From Vicinamibacteria bacterium (GTDB taxonomy: Bacteria > Acidobacteriota > Vicinamibacteria > Fen-336), in the NCBI GenBank assembly GCA_050246895.1, contig JBFWVE010000001.1:826722-890721 (forward strand): a stretch of DNA of 64,000 bases. Direction: 5' to 3'. The notes beneath the pieces were generated by a model, which did no database searches, was not told where the DNA came from, and was given only the letters and a program-made list of their open reading frames with translations. This document shows positions 31,276 through 41,181 of this stretch, in pieces. Every line of letters begins with the position of its first letter. Within the stretch, counting starts at the first letter, position 1. Made by a program: the position numbers and the translations under genes.

Positions 31276-32060
31276 GTGCCCTGCGCAACGTGATGGCCAT
31301 CGTCGAGAAGGAGTGGCGCCACTACTTCGGCAGCCCGATCGCCTGGGTCGCGCTCGCCGTCTGGTCGCTGCTCTTCGGCATCTTCTTCAAGTTCGCCTTC
31401 GACTTCTTCCTGCGCCAGTCGATGATGATGTCGCAACAGGAGATGGGCGGCGGGCCGAAGCTGTCGATGAACGAGTACCTGATCCGCCCGGTGCTGCAGA
31501 ACATGGCGGTGGTCGCGCTCTTCGTCGCCCCGATGCTGACGATGCGCCTGTTCGCCGAGGAGAAGCGCCAGGGCACGATCGAGCTGCTGGCCACCTCGCC
31601 GCTCAGCGACCTGCAGATCGTGATCGGCAAGTTCCTGGCGGCCGTCGGGCTCTACGCGCTGATGATCCTGACGAGCCTGGTCAACCTGTCGGTGCTGTGG
31701 CTCTACGCGACGACGCCGCCCGAGTGGAAGCCGGTCGCCACCGGAGCGCTCGCGCTGCTGCTGCTCGGCTCCTGCTTCCTGGCGGTCGGCACCTTCGTCT
31801 CGACGCTGACGAAGAACCAGATCGTCGCCGGCATCCTGACGTTTTGCGCCCTGCTCGGCTTGTGGACGCTCGGCTGGGCCGAGGATCCCGCGGGCGGCGC
31901 GCTGCAGAAGGTGATCGCCTACCTGGGCGTCACCACCCACATCGAGGACCTAGTGAAGGGCGTCGTCGACCTGAAGGACCTGGTCTTCTACCTGAGCTTC
32001 ATCGGCTGCGGGCTGTTCCTGGCCCAGCAGTCGGTCGAAAGCCAGCGCTGGAGGGCGTGA
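31272..32060 (+). CDS. ABC-2-type transporter permease (GldF-like)
   Basis: The 262-aa polytopic protein (MSALRNVMAIVEKEWRHYFGSPIAWVALAVW...) has a start that overlaps the upstream ATPase stop. Confidence 0.8.
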
Positions 32061-32067
32061 GACGGCC

Positions 32068-33642
32068 ATGAAGTGGTACGACCTGCTGCTCTCGCCCCTC
32101 GGCCTGCTGATCGCCGTCGGCTCCCAGTTCTGGCAGCGCATGGGGAACGTGCTGCCGGGCCAGGAGCGCTACTGGCTGATCGCCGCCGGCGTCCTGCTGC
32201 TGCTGCACCCGATCGTGCGCTACCAGGCGATCGCGAACGCGATCGGCCGCCGCCAGCTCCGCTACGGCGGCAACACGCTGGTGCTGAGCCTGGTGGTGAT
32301 CGGCATCCTGGGCGCCGTCAACTACCTGGTCGTGCGCAACACCAAGCGCATCGACCTCACGCAGAACCAGCGCTACAGCCTCTCCGACCAGACGAAGAAG
32401 GTGCTGGCCGGGCTGAAGGACGACGTCCGCCTCACCTACTTCGAGCGCACGGCCCGCATGCTGGCGGGCCAGGACCGGCTGAAGGAGTACCAGGCCGCCA
32501 CGCCGCGCCTGCAGGTGGAGTTCGTCGACCCGGTCAAGGACCCGATGAAGGCGCAGGCCAAGGACGTGCGCGGTCCCTGGCCGATGCTGGTGATCGAGCG
32601 CGGCGACCGCGTCGAGCGCCTCTCGAACGACTCGGAGCAGGACCTGACGAACGCGCTGATCAAGGTCACGCGCGAGGGCAAGAAGACGGTCTGCTTCGTC
32701 GAGGGACAGGGCGAGCTCGACCCCGACGGCAGCGGCGAGCTCGCCTTCTCGTCCGCCAAGGCGGCGCTCACGCGCAGCCTCTACGAGACGAAGAAGGTCC
32801 TGCTGCTGCGCGAGAAGGCCGTGCCGGCCGACTGCACGGTGCTGCTGCTGGCCGGGCCCCAGAAGGACCTGCTGCCGCCGGCGATCGACGCCGTGCGCGA
32901 CTACGTGAAGGGCGGCGGCAAGGCCTTCGTGATGCTCGAGCCCGAGTTGAAGGGCTCTTTTCCGAACCTGGTCGCGCTGCTGAAGGAGTGGAACCTGGAG
33001 GCGGGCAACGACGTGGTCGTGGACAACTCCGGGATCGGGCAGCTGTTCGGCGCCGGCGCCCTGACGCCGATCGTCGCTCAGTTCCCCTATCACGAGATCA
33101 CCAAGGACTTCCGGGTGATGACCGCTTTCCACGTCGCCCGCAGCATGCAGGCGGGCAGCGCGAGCGTCGCCGGCGTCAGCGCGCAGAACCTGCTCGAGAC
33201 CGCGCCGCAGTCGTGGGCCGAGAGCGACCTGAAGCTCGAGGAGCCGGTCGAGATGAACGAGGGCAAGGACCGTCGCGGCCCGATCGCGCTGGGCGCCGTG
33301 GCGACCCTGCGCGACAGCGCGCCGGCGCCCGAGCCGTCGCCCTCGCCGGCAGCCGACGCCCCGCCCCAGCCGAAGAAGGAGGGCCGGGTGGTCGCGATCG
33401 GCGACGCCGACTTCGCCTCGAACGCGATGCTGGGCTTCCAGGGCAACCAGGACTTCTTCCTGAACGCGGTCGCCTGGCTGGCCGAGGACGCCGACCTGAT
33501 CTCGATCCGGCCGCGCGAGCCGGAGGACCAGCGGCTGTTCCTGACCCAGAACCAGCAGCAGAACGTCAGCCTGCTGTCGCTGGTGGTGCTGCCGGGCCTG
33601 TTCGTGGTGCTCGGCATCGCCGCCTGGTGGCGGCGCCGCTAG
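32068..33642 (+). CDS. GldG-family ABC-transporter auxiliary protein
   Basis: An N-terminal TM anchor precedes a large periplasmic domain with a C-terminal TM segment. Order and architecture are typical of GldG after GldA/GldF-like genes. Confidence 0.8.
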   Translation: MKWYDLLLSPLGLLIAVGSQFWQRMGNVLPGQERYWLIAAGVLLLLHPIVRYQAIANAIGRRQLRYGGNTLVLSLVVIGILGAVNYLVVRNTKRIDLTQNQRYSLSDQTKKVLAGLKDDVRLTYFERTARMLAGQDRLKEYQAATPRLQVEFVDPVKDPMKAQAKDVRGPWPMLVIERGDRVERLSNDSEQDLTNALIKVTREGKKTVCFVEGQGELDPDGSGELAFSSAKAALTRSLYETKKVLLLREKAVPADCTVLLLAGPQKDLLPPAIDAVRDYVKGGGKAFVMLEPELKGSFPNLVALLKEWNLEAGNDVVVDNSGIGQLFGAGALTPIVAQFPYHEITKDFRVMTAFHVARSMQAGSASVAGVSAQNLLETAPQSWAESDLKLEEPVEMNEGKDRRGPIALGAVATLRDSAPAPEPSPSPAADAPPQPKKEGRVVAIGDADFASNAMLGFQGNQDFFLNAVAWLAEDADLISIRPREPEDQRLFLTQNQQQNVSLLSLVVLPGLFVVLGIAAWWRRR

Positions 33643-33643
33643 C

Positions 33644-35011
33644 ATGAAGCGCTCCCCGTTTCTCAAGACCTGGCTGGCGCTCGCCGTCCTCGGCGGGCTC
33701 TTCGCCTACATCTTCCTGGTCGAGAACAAGAAGCCCGCCGGCAGCGGCGACGGCGAGCCGAAGCAGAAGCTGTTCTCGCAGGACGCCGCCCAGGCGAAGC
33801 AGATCCGGCTCGAGCCGCGCGGCGGCGAGACGATCGTCGTCGAGAGGCACGACAAGGCCTGGAGCCTGACGGCGCCGCAGGCGGCCCCGGCCGACGCGGG
33901 CGAGGCGGAGGCGCTGCTCAGCACCATCAGGGGCCTCGAGCTCGACGAGGTGGTGGCCGAGTCCGGGGCCAAGCTCGCCGAGTTCGGCCTCGAGCCTCCG
34001 CAGCGCAGCGTCAGCGTGACGCTCGAGAGTGGCGCGCCGCTCGCGCTGCTGCTCGGCAACAAGACGGCCGACGGCTCGGCGCTCTACGCCAAGACGCCGG
34101 GCAGCCCGCGCGTCTTCACGCTGCCCGCGCACGTCGAGGCGAGCCTCTCGAAGTCGGCCTTCGACCTGCGCGACCGAGATCTGCTGCACGTCAAGCGCGA
34201 CGCCGTCAAGCAGCTCCTCGTCGCCGGCCCCGGCGAGAGCTACGCGCTCGCGCGCGGGGAGGACGGCGAGTGGGCCTTCACCAGGCCGCTCGCGACGCGA
34301 GCCGGCCGCTGGGCGGTGGACGGCCTGCTCGGGACGCTCGAAGGGCTGCGCATGGATCGGATCGCGGCAGAGGCGGCGAGCCCGGCGGAGCTGTCCAAGC
34401 TCGGCTTCGACAAGCCCGCGCGCAGCGTCACGCTGACGCTCGCCGACGGCTCGAGCCGCGAGCTGCAGATCGGCAGCTCGCCCGAGACCGGCCGCTACCA
34501 CGCGCGGGTGCAGGGCTCGTCGCTGGTGGCGGTGATCCCCGGCGCCCTGGTCGACGACCTGGCGAAGGGCATGGGCGAGCTGCGCATGAAGCGGGTGGCC
34601 GACGTCGCCACCTTCGACGTGCAGGGCTTCGACGTCGCGGCCGAGGGCAAGAAGTCGAGCTACGCCAAGTCCACCGAGAAGGACAAGGACGGCTTCGAGA
34701 CCTCGAAGTGGAAGCGCACCGCGCCGGACGCGCGCGAGCTGGACCGCGCCAAGGTCGAGGACGCGCTGTTCAAGCTGGCCGGGCTCGAGGTCCAGGAGTT
34801 CGTGGACGCGCCGGGGCCGGCCTCGGCCTATGGGCTCGACGCGCCCGCGCTCTCGGTGACGATCCGCCTCAGCGGAGGCAAACCGCCGCTGACCCTGGAA
34901 ATCGGCGAGAAGGACGGCTCCGCCTTCTCGCGGCGGCCCGCCGATGCGGCCGTGCTGAAGCTCGACGCCGCCAAGGTCGCCGAGGCGAAGAAGGAGCTGC
35001 TGGGGCTCTAG
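33644..35011 (+). CDS. DUF4340-like periplasmic protein, commonly the fourth gene of gldAFG-type operons
   Basis: A signal anchor (MKRSPFLKTWLALAVLGGLFAYIFLV) precedes repeated ~100-aa segments. The gene follows the gldG-like gene immediately. Confidence 0.7.
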   Translation: MKRSPFLKTWLALAVLGGLFAYIFLVENKKPAGSGDGEPKQKLFSQDAAQAKQIRLEPRGGETIVVERHDKAWSLTAPQAAPADAGEAEALLSTIRGLELDEVVAESGAKLAEFGLEPPQRSVSVTLESGAPLALLLGNKTADGSALYAKTPGSPRVFTLPAHVEASLSKSAFDLRDRDLLHVKRDAVKQLLVAGPGESYALARGEDGEWAFTRPLATRAGRWAVDGLLGTLEGLRMDRIAAEAASPAELSKLGFDKPARSVTLTLADGSSRELQIGSSPETGRYHARVQGSSLVAVIPGALVDDLAKGMGELRMKRVADVATFDVQGFDVAAEGKKSSYAKSTEKDKDGFETSKWKRTAPDARELDRAKVEDALFKLAGLEVQEFVDAPGPASAYGLDAPALSVTIRLSGGKPPLTLEIGEKDGSAFSRRPADAAVLKLDAAKVAEAKKELLGL

Positions 35012-35604
35012 CGTCTCGGGGCCGCGCCGGCCTCGACGACACGCGCGCGCAGGATCACGATCGGCGTCACCGGCACGTCTTCCATCTGGCCGGAGCGCCG
35101 GGTCGGCACCGCCACCATGCGGTCGACCACCTCCATGCCCTCGAGCACCTCGCCGAAGACCGCGTAGCCCGCGCCGCGGATGCCGAAGTCGAGCGCCGCG
35201 TTCTCCCGGACGTTCACGAAGAACTGGGCGGTGGCGCTGTCCGCCGCGTTCGTGCGCGCCATCGCGACGGTCCCGCGCAGGTTGCGCAGGCCGTTGCGGG
35301 CCTCGTTGCGGATCGCGGCCCTGGTCGGCTTCTCGGCCAGCCTGGCGTCGTAGCCGCCGCCTTGCGCCATGAAGCCGGGGATCACGCGGTGGAAGATGGT
35401 GCCGTCGTAGTGGCCCGCGCGCGCGTAGCGCAGGAAGTTCTCGACCGTGATCGGGGCCTTGTCGGGATACAGGCCGATCAGCAGGTTGCCGAGCGAGGTC
35501 TCGAGCAGGACGCGAGGGCCGCTCGTCACGGCCGCGGGCGTGGGCGAGGGGGGCGTCGGCGGCACGGCCTGGGAAAGCCCCAGCAGCAACAGCAGCGCGA
35601 TCAT
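35008..35604 (-). CDS. Cyclophilin-type peptidyl-prolyl cis-trans isomerase, secreted
   Basis: HRVIPGFMAQGGG... and ...FFVN... give the cyclophilin signature, and a signal peptide is present. Confidence 0.9.
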   Translation of the reverse strand: MIALLLLLGLSQAVPPTPPSPTPAAVTSGPRVLLETSLGNLLIGLYPDKAPITVENFLRYARAGHYDGTIFHRVIPGFMAQGGGYDARLAEKPTRAAIRNEARNGLRNLRGTVAMARTNAADSATAQFFVNVRENAALDFGIRGAGYAVFGEVLEGMEVVDRMVAVPTRRSGQMEDVPVTPIVILRARVVEAGAAPRR

Positions 35605-35710
35605 TCGGATCTCCTTGTCTCTGCCTGCGCCCCGGGATTCTAGTCGCGGGCGCCCCGCGCCGCGCCCTGCTTGCTACAATCCCCGCGCGCCCTCTCTGGC
35701 CCGGCGAACG

Positions 35711-37033
35711 ATGGTCCTCTTCAACTACTCGACCAAAGAGCTCACCGCCAAGGTCGTCTACTACGGCCCCGGCCTGTGCGGCAAGACCACCAACCTCCAG
35801 TGGATCCACGAGAAGCTGCCCATCAAGAACAAGGGCAAGATGGTCTCGCTGGCGACCGAGGCCGACCGCACGCTGTTCTTCGACTTCCTGCCGATCGAGC
35901 TCGGCACCATCCGCGGCATGAAGACCCGCATCCAGCTCTACACCGTGCCGGGCCAGGTCTTCTACAACGCGACGCGGCGGATGGTGCTGAAGGGCGCCGA
36001 CTGCGTGGTGTTCGTGGTCGACAGCCAGGAGGCGATGCTCGACGCCAACCTCGACGCGCTCGCCAACCTGCGCGAGAACCTCGAGGCGAACGAGATCGAC
36101 CCCGACCAGATCCCGACGGTGCTCCAGTACAACAAGCGCGACCTGCCGAACGCGGCGCCGGTGGCCGTGCTCGAGCGGAAGCTGAACCCGAAAGGCTGGC
36201 TCCACTTCGAAGCTTCGGCCAAGCAGGGGATCGGGGTCGAGGAGACGCTCAAGGGGGTGACGGGACTGGTGTTCCGGTCGCTCGCCACCAAGTACGGAGG
36301 CGCCGTCGAGGCCCCCAAACCCGCGCCGCCGCCTGCTCCGAAGAAGCCCGCCGCGCGGCCCGTCTTCGCGTCACCGCCGCCGCTCACTCCGCCGCCGGCT
36401 CCGCGGCCCGCGGCCTCGCCGCTCGGCGGCAGCTCGGCCGACGACCTGCTCGACTCGCTGGGCATGCCCGATGCGGCGCCCGCCCCCGCCGCATCCTCGC
36501 CGCTCGACGATCTGAACCTCGGCCCGGCGCCGAGCGACGAGCTGGCGATCGAGGAGCCCGCGCCGCTCGGCGAGCTGGAGCTCGAGGACTCCAACACGGC
36601 GCCCAAGCTGGAGCTGTTGGCGGCGGCCGTGCCGGCCCCGGAACCGCCGGAGATCGGCCTCGAAGAGCTCGACAGCTCCCACGATCTGAACCTCGAGGAG
36701 CTGGCGCCGGAGCCGATGCCCGCGCCGGCCGCCGCGCCGGACCCGCTCGACGCGCTCTCGCCGATGAGCGAGTCCGCGCCGCCGGTCTTCGCCGCCGAGG
36801 AGGATCCGCTCGCAGGGCTCTCGGCTCAGGCGGCGCGGGTGCCGCCGCCCGCCGCAGGCGAGCCCGCGGCCCCCGCCGCGGCCACGGCCCAGGCGGTGCG
36901 GGTCGAGGTCGGGGCCGCTCCGGGCCAGACCGAGTTCACGATCCCGGTCGAGATCTCGCTCGCCGGCGGCACCACCCGCGTGACACTCAACCTCCGCCTG
37001 ACCCTCGACCTGAAACTGCCGCAGCGTCATTGA
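35711..37033 (+). CDS. MglA-family Ras-like small GTPase with ~240-aa acidic Pro/Ala-rich C-terminal extension
   Basis: The first ~195 aa are collinear with Myxococcus MglA (MVLFNYSTKELTAKVVYYGPGLCGKTTNLQWIH...TDRTLFFDFLP...LYTVPGQVFY...QYNKRDLPNA). After them come low-complexity PAPPPAPKKP..., repeated DxLxxL acidic motifs and a ~40-aa beta-rich tail. Confidence 0.85.
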   Translation: MVLFNYSTKELTAKVVYYGPGLCGKTTNLQWIHEKLPIKNKGKMVSLATEADRTLFFDFLPIELGTIRGMKTRIQLYTVPGQVFYNATRRMVLKGADCVVFVVDSQEAMLDANLDALANLRENLEANEIDPDQIPTVLQYNKRDLPNAAPVAVLERKLNPKGWLHFEASAKQGIGVEETLKGVTGLVFRSLATKYGGAVEAPKPAPPPAPKKPAARPVFASPPPLTPPPAPRPAASPLGGSSADDLLDSLGMPDAAPAPAASSPLDDLNLGPAPSDELAIEEPAPLGELELEDSNTAPKLELLAAAVPAPEPPEIGLEELDSSHDLNLEELAPEPMPAPAAAPDPLDALSPMSESAPPVFAAEEDPLAGLSAQAARVPPPAAGEPAAPAAATAQAVRVEVGAAPGQTEFTIPVEISLAGGTTRVTLNLRLTLDLKLPQRH

Positions 37034-37066
37034 GCCAGGGGGCGCTTGCGTCGCGCCCCCTGGAAC
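37034..37066 (+). terminator. Perfect 11-bp-stem hairpin (CCAGGGGGCGC-TTGCGTC-GCGCCCCCTGG) immediately after the mglA-like stop; terminator-like, with no U-tract
   Basis: Seen directly. The right arm (CGTCGCGCCCCCTGGAACCCCC) recurs 80 nt downstream at 37127-37148. Confidence 0.4.
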
Positions 37067-37210
37067 CCCCCGCGCCTGCGCGGGAGTCAATCCCGCTTCG
37101 GCGCGCGGCCGCCGCCGGTGGCCGAGGCGTCGCGCCCCCTGGAACCCCCGCCTAAGCGCCGCTCGCAGACGCAGCGGGTCGCGACGCTCCGTCAGGTCGC
37201 GGCGCGACCC

Positions 37211-37250
37211 GCGAGTGATTCCCCCTCCCCCGTGTGTGGGGCCGGGGGCC
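37211..37250. repeat. G/C-rich palindromic intergenic repeat, copy A (GCGAGTGATTCCCCCTCCCCC...GGGGCCGGGGG)
   Basis: Shares its first 20 nt exactly with the copy at 50611 and has a degenerate inverted right arm. Confidence 0.45.
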
Positions 37251-37262
37251 AATGGGTCTCGG

Positions 37263-38168
37263 CTACTCGGCGGGAGCCGCGAAGATCGCGCTGCGCTGGA
37301 CGTCCTCGTAGCGCACCTTCGCCACCTCGAAGCCCTCGATGTTGGCCAGCAGCTTCTTGAAGGTCTGCTCGAAGGACGGCAGCGTCTTGCGCGCGCGCGT
37401 CAGCGGGGTGGTGCGGGCGAGCACGTAGTTCTTCACGTACGGGTGGCTGATGCCGCGCTTCTTCAGCGCTGCGACGGCTCCCGCCAGCGCCTCGTCCGCC
37501 GCGCGCACCTGCGCCGCGCGCTCCTCGCGCTGCGACAGCGTGTCCGGGAAGCGGCCCTTCAGGAAGGCGTCGACGCGCCTCACGATCGGCGCGAAGGCGC
37601 CGCCGGCGAAGCGCTTGTTCTGCTCGTAGAGCAGGCCCAGCGTCACCAGGTGCGCCGACTCGAACTGGAAGGAGTAGTCGGCCTCGGAGCGCTTCGGCTC
37701 CTGCTCGACGAGGCCGCGGTACATGCGGATCACCTCGAGCGACTTCTCCTTCAGGTTGTGGGCCTTCTCGGTGTTGAGCGCCAGGATCTGGAAGGCCACC
37801 TCCTGCTCGGGGATCAGGATCGCGGGCACCAGCTTCGCCTTCAGCTTGCGCAGCGCGGTCAGCCGGTGATGGCCGTTCGGGGTCCAGTAGGCGCCTGGCC
37901 CGGGCGAGACCGCCACGATCGGATCCACGAAACGGTCGAGCTTCTCGATCGCCTGCTGCAGGCGCTTCGCGTGCGTCGGCGACACGTCGCGCTGATAGGG
38001 CGTCGGCTGCGTGGCCTCGATCGGCAGCAGGCAGAACAGCTGCCAGCGCTCGCCGACGGGCTCGCGGTAGGCCGCGAGCGCGTGGCCGCCGTCCTGCTCC
38101 ACGCGCGCCGCGAGCTCGGCGAGCGCCCGGGGCGGATCGACGTCGGGGTGCGGCTCTAGGCGGGGCAT
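37263..38168 (-). CDS. ParB/Srx-fold (ParB N-terminal domain) protein, stand-alone
   Basis: ...PIVAVSPGPGAYWTPNGHHRLTALRKL... gives the ParB-type GxxR/HR box. The 301-aa protein has no HTH or partition partner nearby. Confidence 0.7.
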   Translation of the reverse strand: MPRLEPHPDVDPPRALAELAARVEQDGGHALAAYREPVGERWQLFCLLPIEATQPTPYQRDVSPTHAKRLQQAIEKLDRFVDPIVAVSPGPGAYWTPNGHHRLTALRKLKAKLVPAILIPEQEVAFQILALNTEKAHNLKEKSLEVIRMYRGLVEQEPKRSEADYSFQFESAHLVTLGLLYEQNKRFAGGAFAPIVRRVDAFLKGRFPDTLSQREERAAQVRAADEALAGAVAALKKRGISHPYVKNYVLARTTPLTRARKTLPSFEQTFKKLLANIEGFEVAKVRYEDVQRSAIFAAPAE

Positions 38169-38320
38169 GGCCCGAGGCTAACGGATCGGACGGCGTCCCG
38201 AGCCTGCGATTTGCAAGCTTTCACAGCGGCCCCACGAACACGTCGAGGCGCTCGACCTACAATGCCGGCGCCGCTCGTCTGCACGAGCCGGGCCCCATCT
38301 TTTTTTCGCCCGGCCGGGAG

Positions 38321-41041
38321 GTGCTCGCCATGATCCGCCGCTTCCGCACCGCCGCGATCCTCTGCGTCCTCGCCGCTCTCCTCACGCCGGCCCCGGCTTT
38401 CGCCCAGATCACGCCGCTCGATCTCGACCGGGGCTCGAGCGGTCTCGGCCTCGCCCTGCGCCAGATCGGCCGCAGCGGCGGCGTCCTCTACATCACCGCC
38501 CATCCCGACGACGAGAACAACGGCGTTCTCGTGCGCCTGACGCGCGGGCTTGGCCTGCGCACCGGCCTGCTCACCGTGACCCGCGGGGACGGGGGACAGA
38601 ACGAGATCGGGCCCGAGCTGTTCCAGGCGATCGGGATCCTGCGCACGGAGGAGCTGGCCGCCGTCCACCGCTACGGCGGCAGCGAGCAGTTCTTCACGAG
38701 TGCCTACGAGTTCGGCTACTCGTTCAGCGTCGAGGAGACCTTCCAGAAGTGGGGCGAGCAGGAGATCCTGGCCGACGTGGTGCGCGTGATCCGGGCCTTC
38801 CGCCCCGACGTGATCCTGACGCTGCCGCTCGAAGCCGAGGGCGGAGGCCAGCACCATCAGGCGACGGCGCGCCTCGGGCGCGACGCCTTCCGCGCCGCCG
38901 CCGACCCGAAGCGTTTCCCCGAGCAGATCAGGCAAGGCCTGCAGCCCTGGCAGGCCCGCAAGGTCTACCAGGGCGGCACCGGCGGCGGCCCGATCAGCCG
39001 CGGTCCCGAGCTGCCGGCGGGCGCCGTCGTGGTGGACACCTCGAGCTACGACCCGCTGCTCGGCATGTCCTGGCATCAGCTCGGCACGCTGGGTCGGCGG
39101 AACCACAGGTGCCAGGGCATGGGCCAGCTCACGGCGAACGCGAGCGAGGGGCGGGGCGTCTACCTGCTGGTCGACAGCGAGCCGGCCGTCGTCGGCGCGG
39201 AGAAGGACATCCTCGACGGCGTCGACACGACGCTCGCGGGCGTCGCTCGCTTCGCGAACGGCCAGGAGTCGAAGGCGACCTTCCTGCTCGCGGGCCTGCA
39301 GGCGATCGAGGGCTTCGCTGACGAGGCCCGCAAGGCGTTCGACCCGCTGGCTCCGCAGGGTGCCGTGGCCCCGCTCGCCAAGGGGCTTGCAGCGGTGCGT
39401 GCTCTCGCTGCCCAGGTGAAGGCGAGCGGGCTCGACGCGCGCGCGCAGTACGAGATCGCGGGTCGTCTCGTCCAGGAGGCGGCCGACTTCGAGAAGGCGC
39501 TCGGCCTCGCCCAGGGCCTCGACCTCATGCTGAGCGTCGACGACGGCGACGCCGTACGCGGGCAGATGCTGAAGCTGACGGCCCGCGTCGCGAACCAGTC
39601 GAGCCAGGCCGTCGCGATCGTGGACGTGCCCGTCGCGGCCCCGGCCGGCTGGATCGTCGAGAAGACCGCGGGCGAGCCCGGGACGCTGGCGGCGGGCGCG
39701 GCCTCGACCTGGACCTACGACGTCGTCGTGGGCCCCGCCGCGCGCTATTCGCAGCCCTATTGGCGGCGCAACCCCACGATCGATCGCTACGACATGGAGA
39801 TCCCTGGAGACCTGACGAAGCCCTGGAGCGCCCCCGACGTGACGGGCGAGGTCCGCTACACGGTCGCAGGCGTCCCTGCCGCGCTGCGCATGCCCGCCAT
39901 CGACCGCTACGAAGGCCGCTGGGTAGGCGGCGAGAAGCAGAAGGTGCTGAACGTGGTGCCTGCGCTCTCCGTGAAGCTGACGCCGGAGATCGCGGTGATC
40001 CCGGTAGAGGCCGCGGCGAAGCGTCGCGAGTTCCGCGTGACGCTCCTGAACAACGCGAAGCAGGCGTCGCAGGCTTTGGTGCGCCTCGAGCTGCCTGCCG
40101 GCTGGTCGGCCGACCCTGCACGCGCCGAGCTGCCGCTGCGCTACGAGGGCGAGGAGGTCACGGCCCGCTTCTTCGTCACGCCGCCTGCCGGGCTCGCCGA
40201 AGGCGAGTTCGCGGTGAAAGCCGTCGCGACCCGCGACGGACAGGACTTCCGCGAGGGCTACCAGGTGATCGCCTACGACCACATCCAGGAGCGCCACCTC
40301 TTCCACGAGGCGAGCTCGCGCGTGAAGGCGATCGACGTGGCGGTGGCGCCCTACGCGCGCGTCGGCTACGTCGGCGGCGCCGGCGACGAGGTGCCGGACG
40401 CGATCCAGCAGCTCGGCATCCCGCTCGACTTCCTGGGCGCGGACGATCTCGCCTACGGCGACCTGTCGAAGTACACGACGATCGTGACCGGCATCCGCGC
40501 CTACCAGACGCGCAGCGACCTCAAGGCCTCGAACACTCGCCTGCTCGACTTCGTACGCGCCGGCGGCCACCTGGTCGTGCAGTACAACAAGTTCGAGTTC
40601 AACGTGTTGTCGATGCCCGCGCAGACGGGCGGTTTCGGCTTCGGGCAGCTGCGCACCGCCGACAGCCCGTTCGCGCCCTATCCGGCGTCGGTGTCGAGCG
40701 ACCGCGTGACGGTCGAAGAGGCGCCGATCAAGCTGCTCGTCTCCGACGCCCGCCAGCTCAACGCGCCGAACACGATCACCTCGAAAGACTTCGACGGATG
40801 GGTCCAGGAGCGCGGCCTCTACTTCCTGAAGGCCAAGGACGATCGCTACGTCGATCTGCTGGCGGCCAGCGACCCCTGGCCGAAGAACCCCGGCGAGAAG
40901 AGGGGCATGCTGACCACGGCACCCGTGGGCAAGGGCAGCTGGACCTACGTCGGCCTCGGCCTGTGGCGGCAGCTCCCGGCCGGCACGACCGGGGCCTATC
41001 GGATCCTGGCCAACCTGCTGAGCCAGCCCCGCGGCCAGTAG
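38321..41041 (+). CDS. Secreted PIG-L/LmbE-family deacetylase with large C-terminal class-I GATase-like (ThuA-like) domain
   Basis: Has a signal peptide, the HPDDE motif (ITAHPDDENNG) and zinc ligands. The C-terminal VGYVGGAGDEVPD...FVRAGGHLVVQY resembles ThuA/GATase1. Confidence 0.8.
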   Translation: MLAMIRRFRTAAILCVLAALLTPAPAFAQITPLDLDRGSSGLGLALRQIGRSGGVLYITAHPDDENNGVLVRLTRGLGLRTGLLTVTRGDGGQNEIGPELFQAIGILRTEELAAVHRYGGSEQFFTSAYEFGYSFSVEETFQKWGEQEILADVVRVIRAFRPDVILTLPLEAEGGGQHHQATARLGRDAFRAAADPKRFPEQIRQGLQPWQARKVYQGGTGGGPISRGPELPAGAVVVDTSSYDPLLGMSWHQLGTLGRRNHRCQGMGQLTANASEGRGVYLLVDSEPAVVGAEKDILDGVDTTLAGVARFANGQESKATFLLAGLQAIEGFADEARKAFDPLAPQGAVAPLAKGLAAVRALAAQVKASGLDARAQYEIAGRLVQEAADFEKALGLAQGLDLMLSVDDGDAVRGQMLKLTARVANQSSQAVAIVDVPVAAPAGWIVEKTAGEPGTLAAGAASTWTYDVVVGPAARYSQPYWRRNPTIDRYDMEIPGDLTKPWSAPDVTGEVRYTVAGVPAALRMPAIDRYEGRWVGGEKQKVLNVVPALSVKLTPEIAVIPVEAAAKRREFRVTLLNNAKQASQALVRLELPAGWSADPARAELPLRYEGEEVTARFFVTPPAGLAEGEFAVKAVATRDGQDFREGYQVIAYDHIQERHLFHEASSRVKAIDVAVAPYARVGYVGGAGDEVPDAIQQLGIPLDFLGADDLAYGDLSKYTTIVTGIRAYQTRSDLKASNTRLLDFVRAGGHLVVQYNKFEFNVLSMPAQTGGFGFGQLRTADSPFAPYPASVSSDRVTVEEAPIKLLVSDARQLNAPNTITSKDFDGWVQERGLYFLKAKDDRYVDLLAASDPWPKNPGEKRGMLTTAPVGKGSWTYVGLGLWRQLPAGTTGAYRILANLLSQPRGQ

Positions 41042-41181
41042 CGGCGAAGGCCGCACAGCCTCCCACGAACGGCGGGTCGCCCAGCGACGGCCCGCCGCTG
41101 CCGTCGATCTTCGCCCGCCCCGAGCGCGCTCCCAACGTTCGCCGCCCCTCAGGCGTCTCCCTTCCAATCCGAGGGAGAGCC

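Noticed and set aside
38285-38300. T7 run (ATCTTTTTTTCG) upstream of the PIG-L deacetylase start, considered as a terminator U-tract
   Set aside because: It has no adjacent stable stem on either strand and lies in a divergent promoter region. It is more likely an UP-element or spacer than a terminator.
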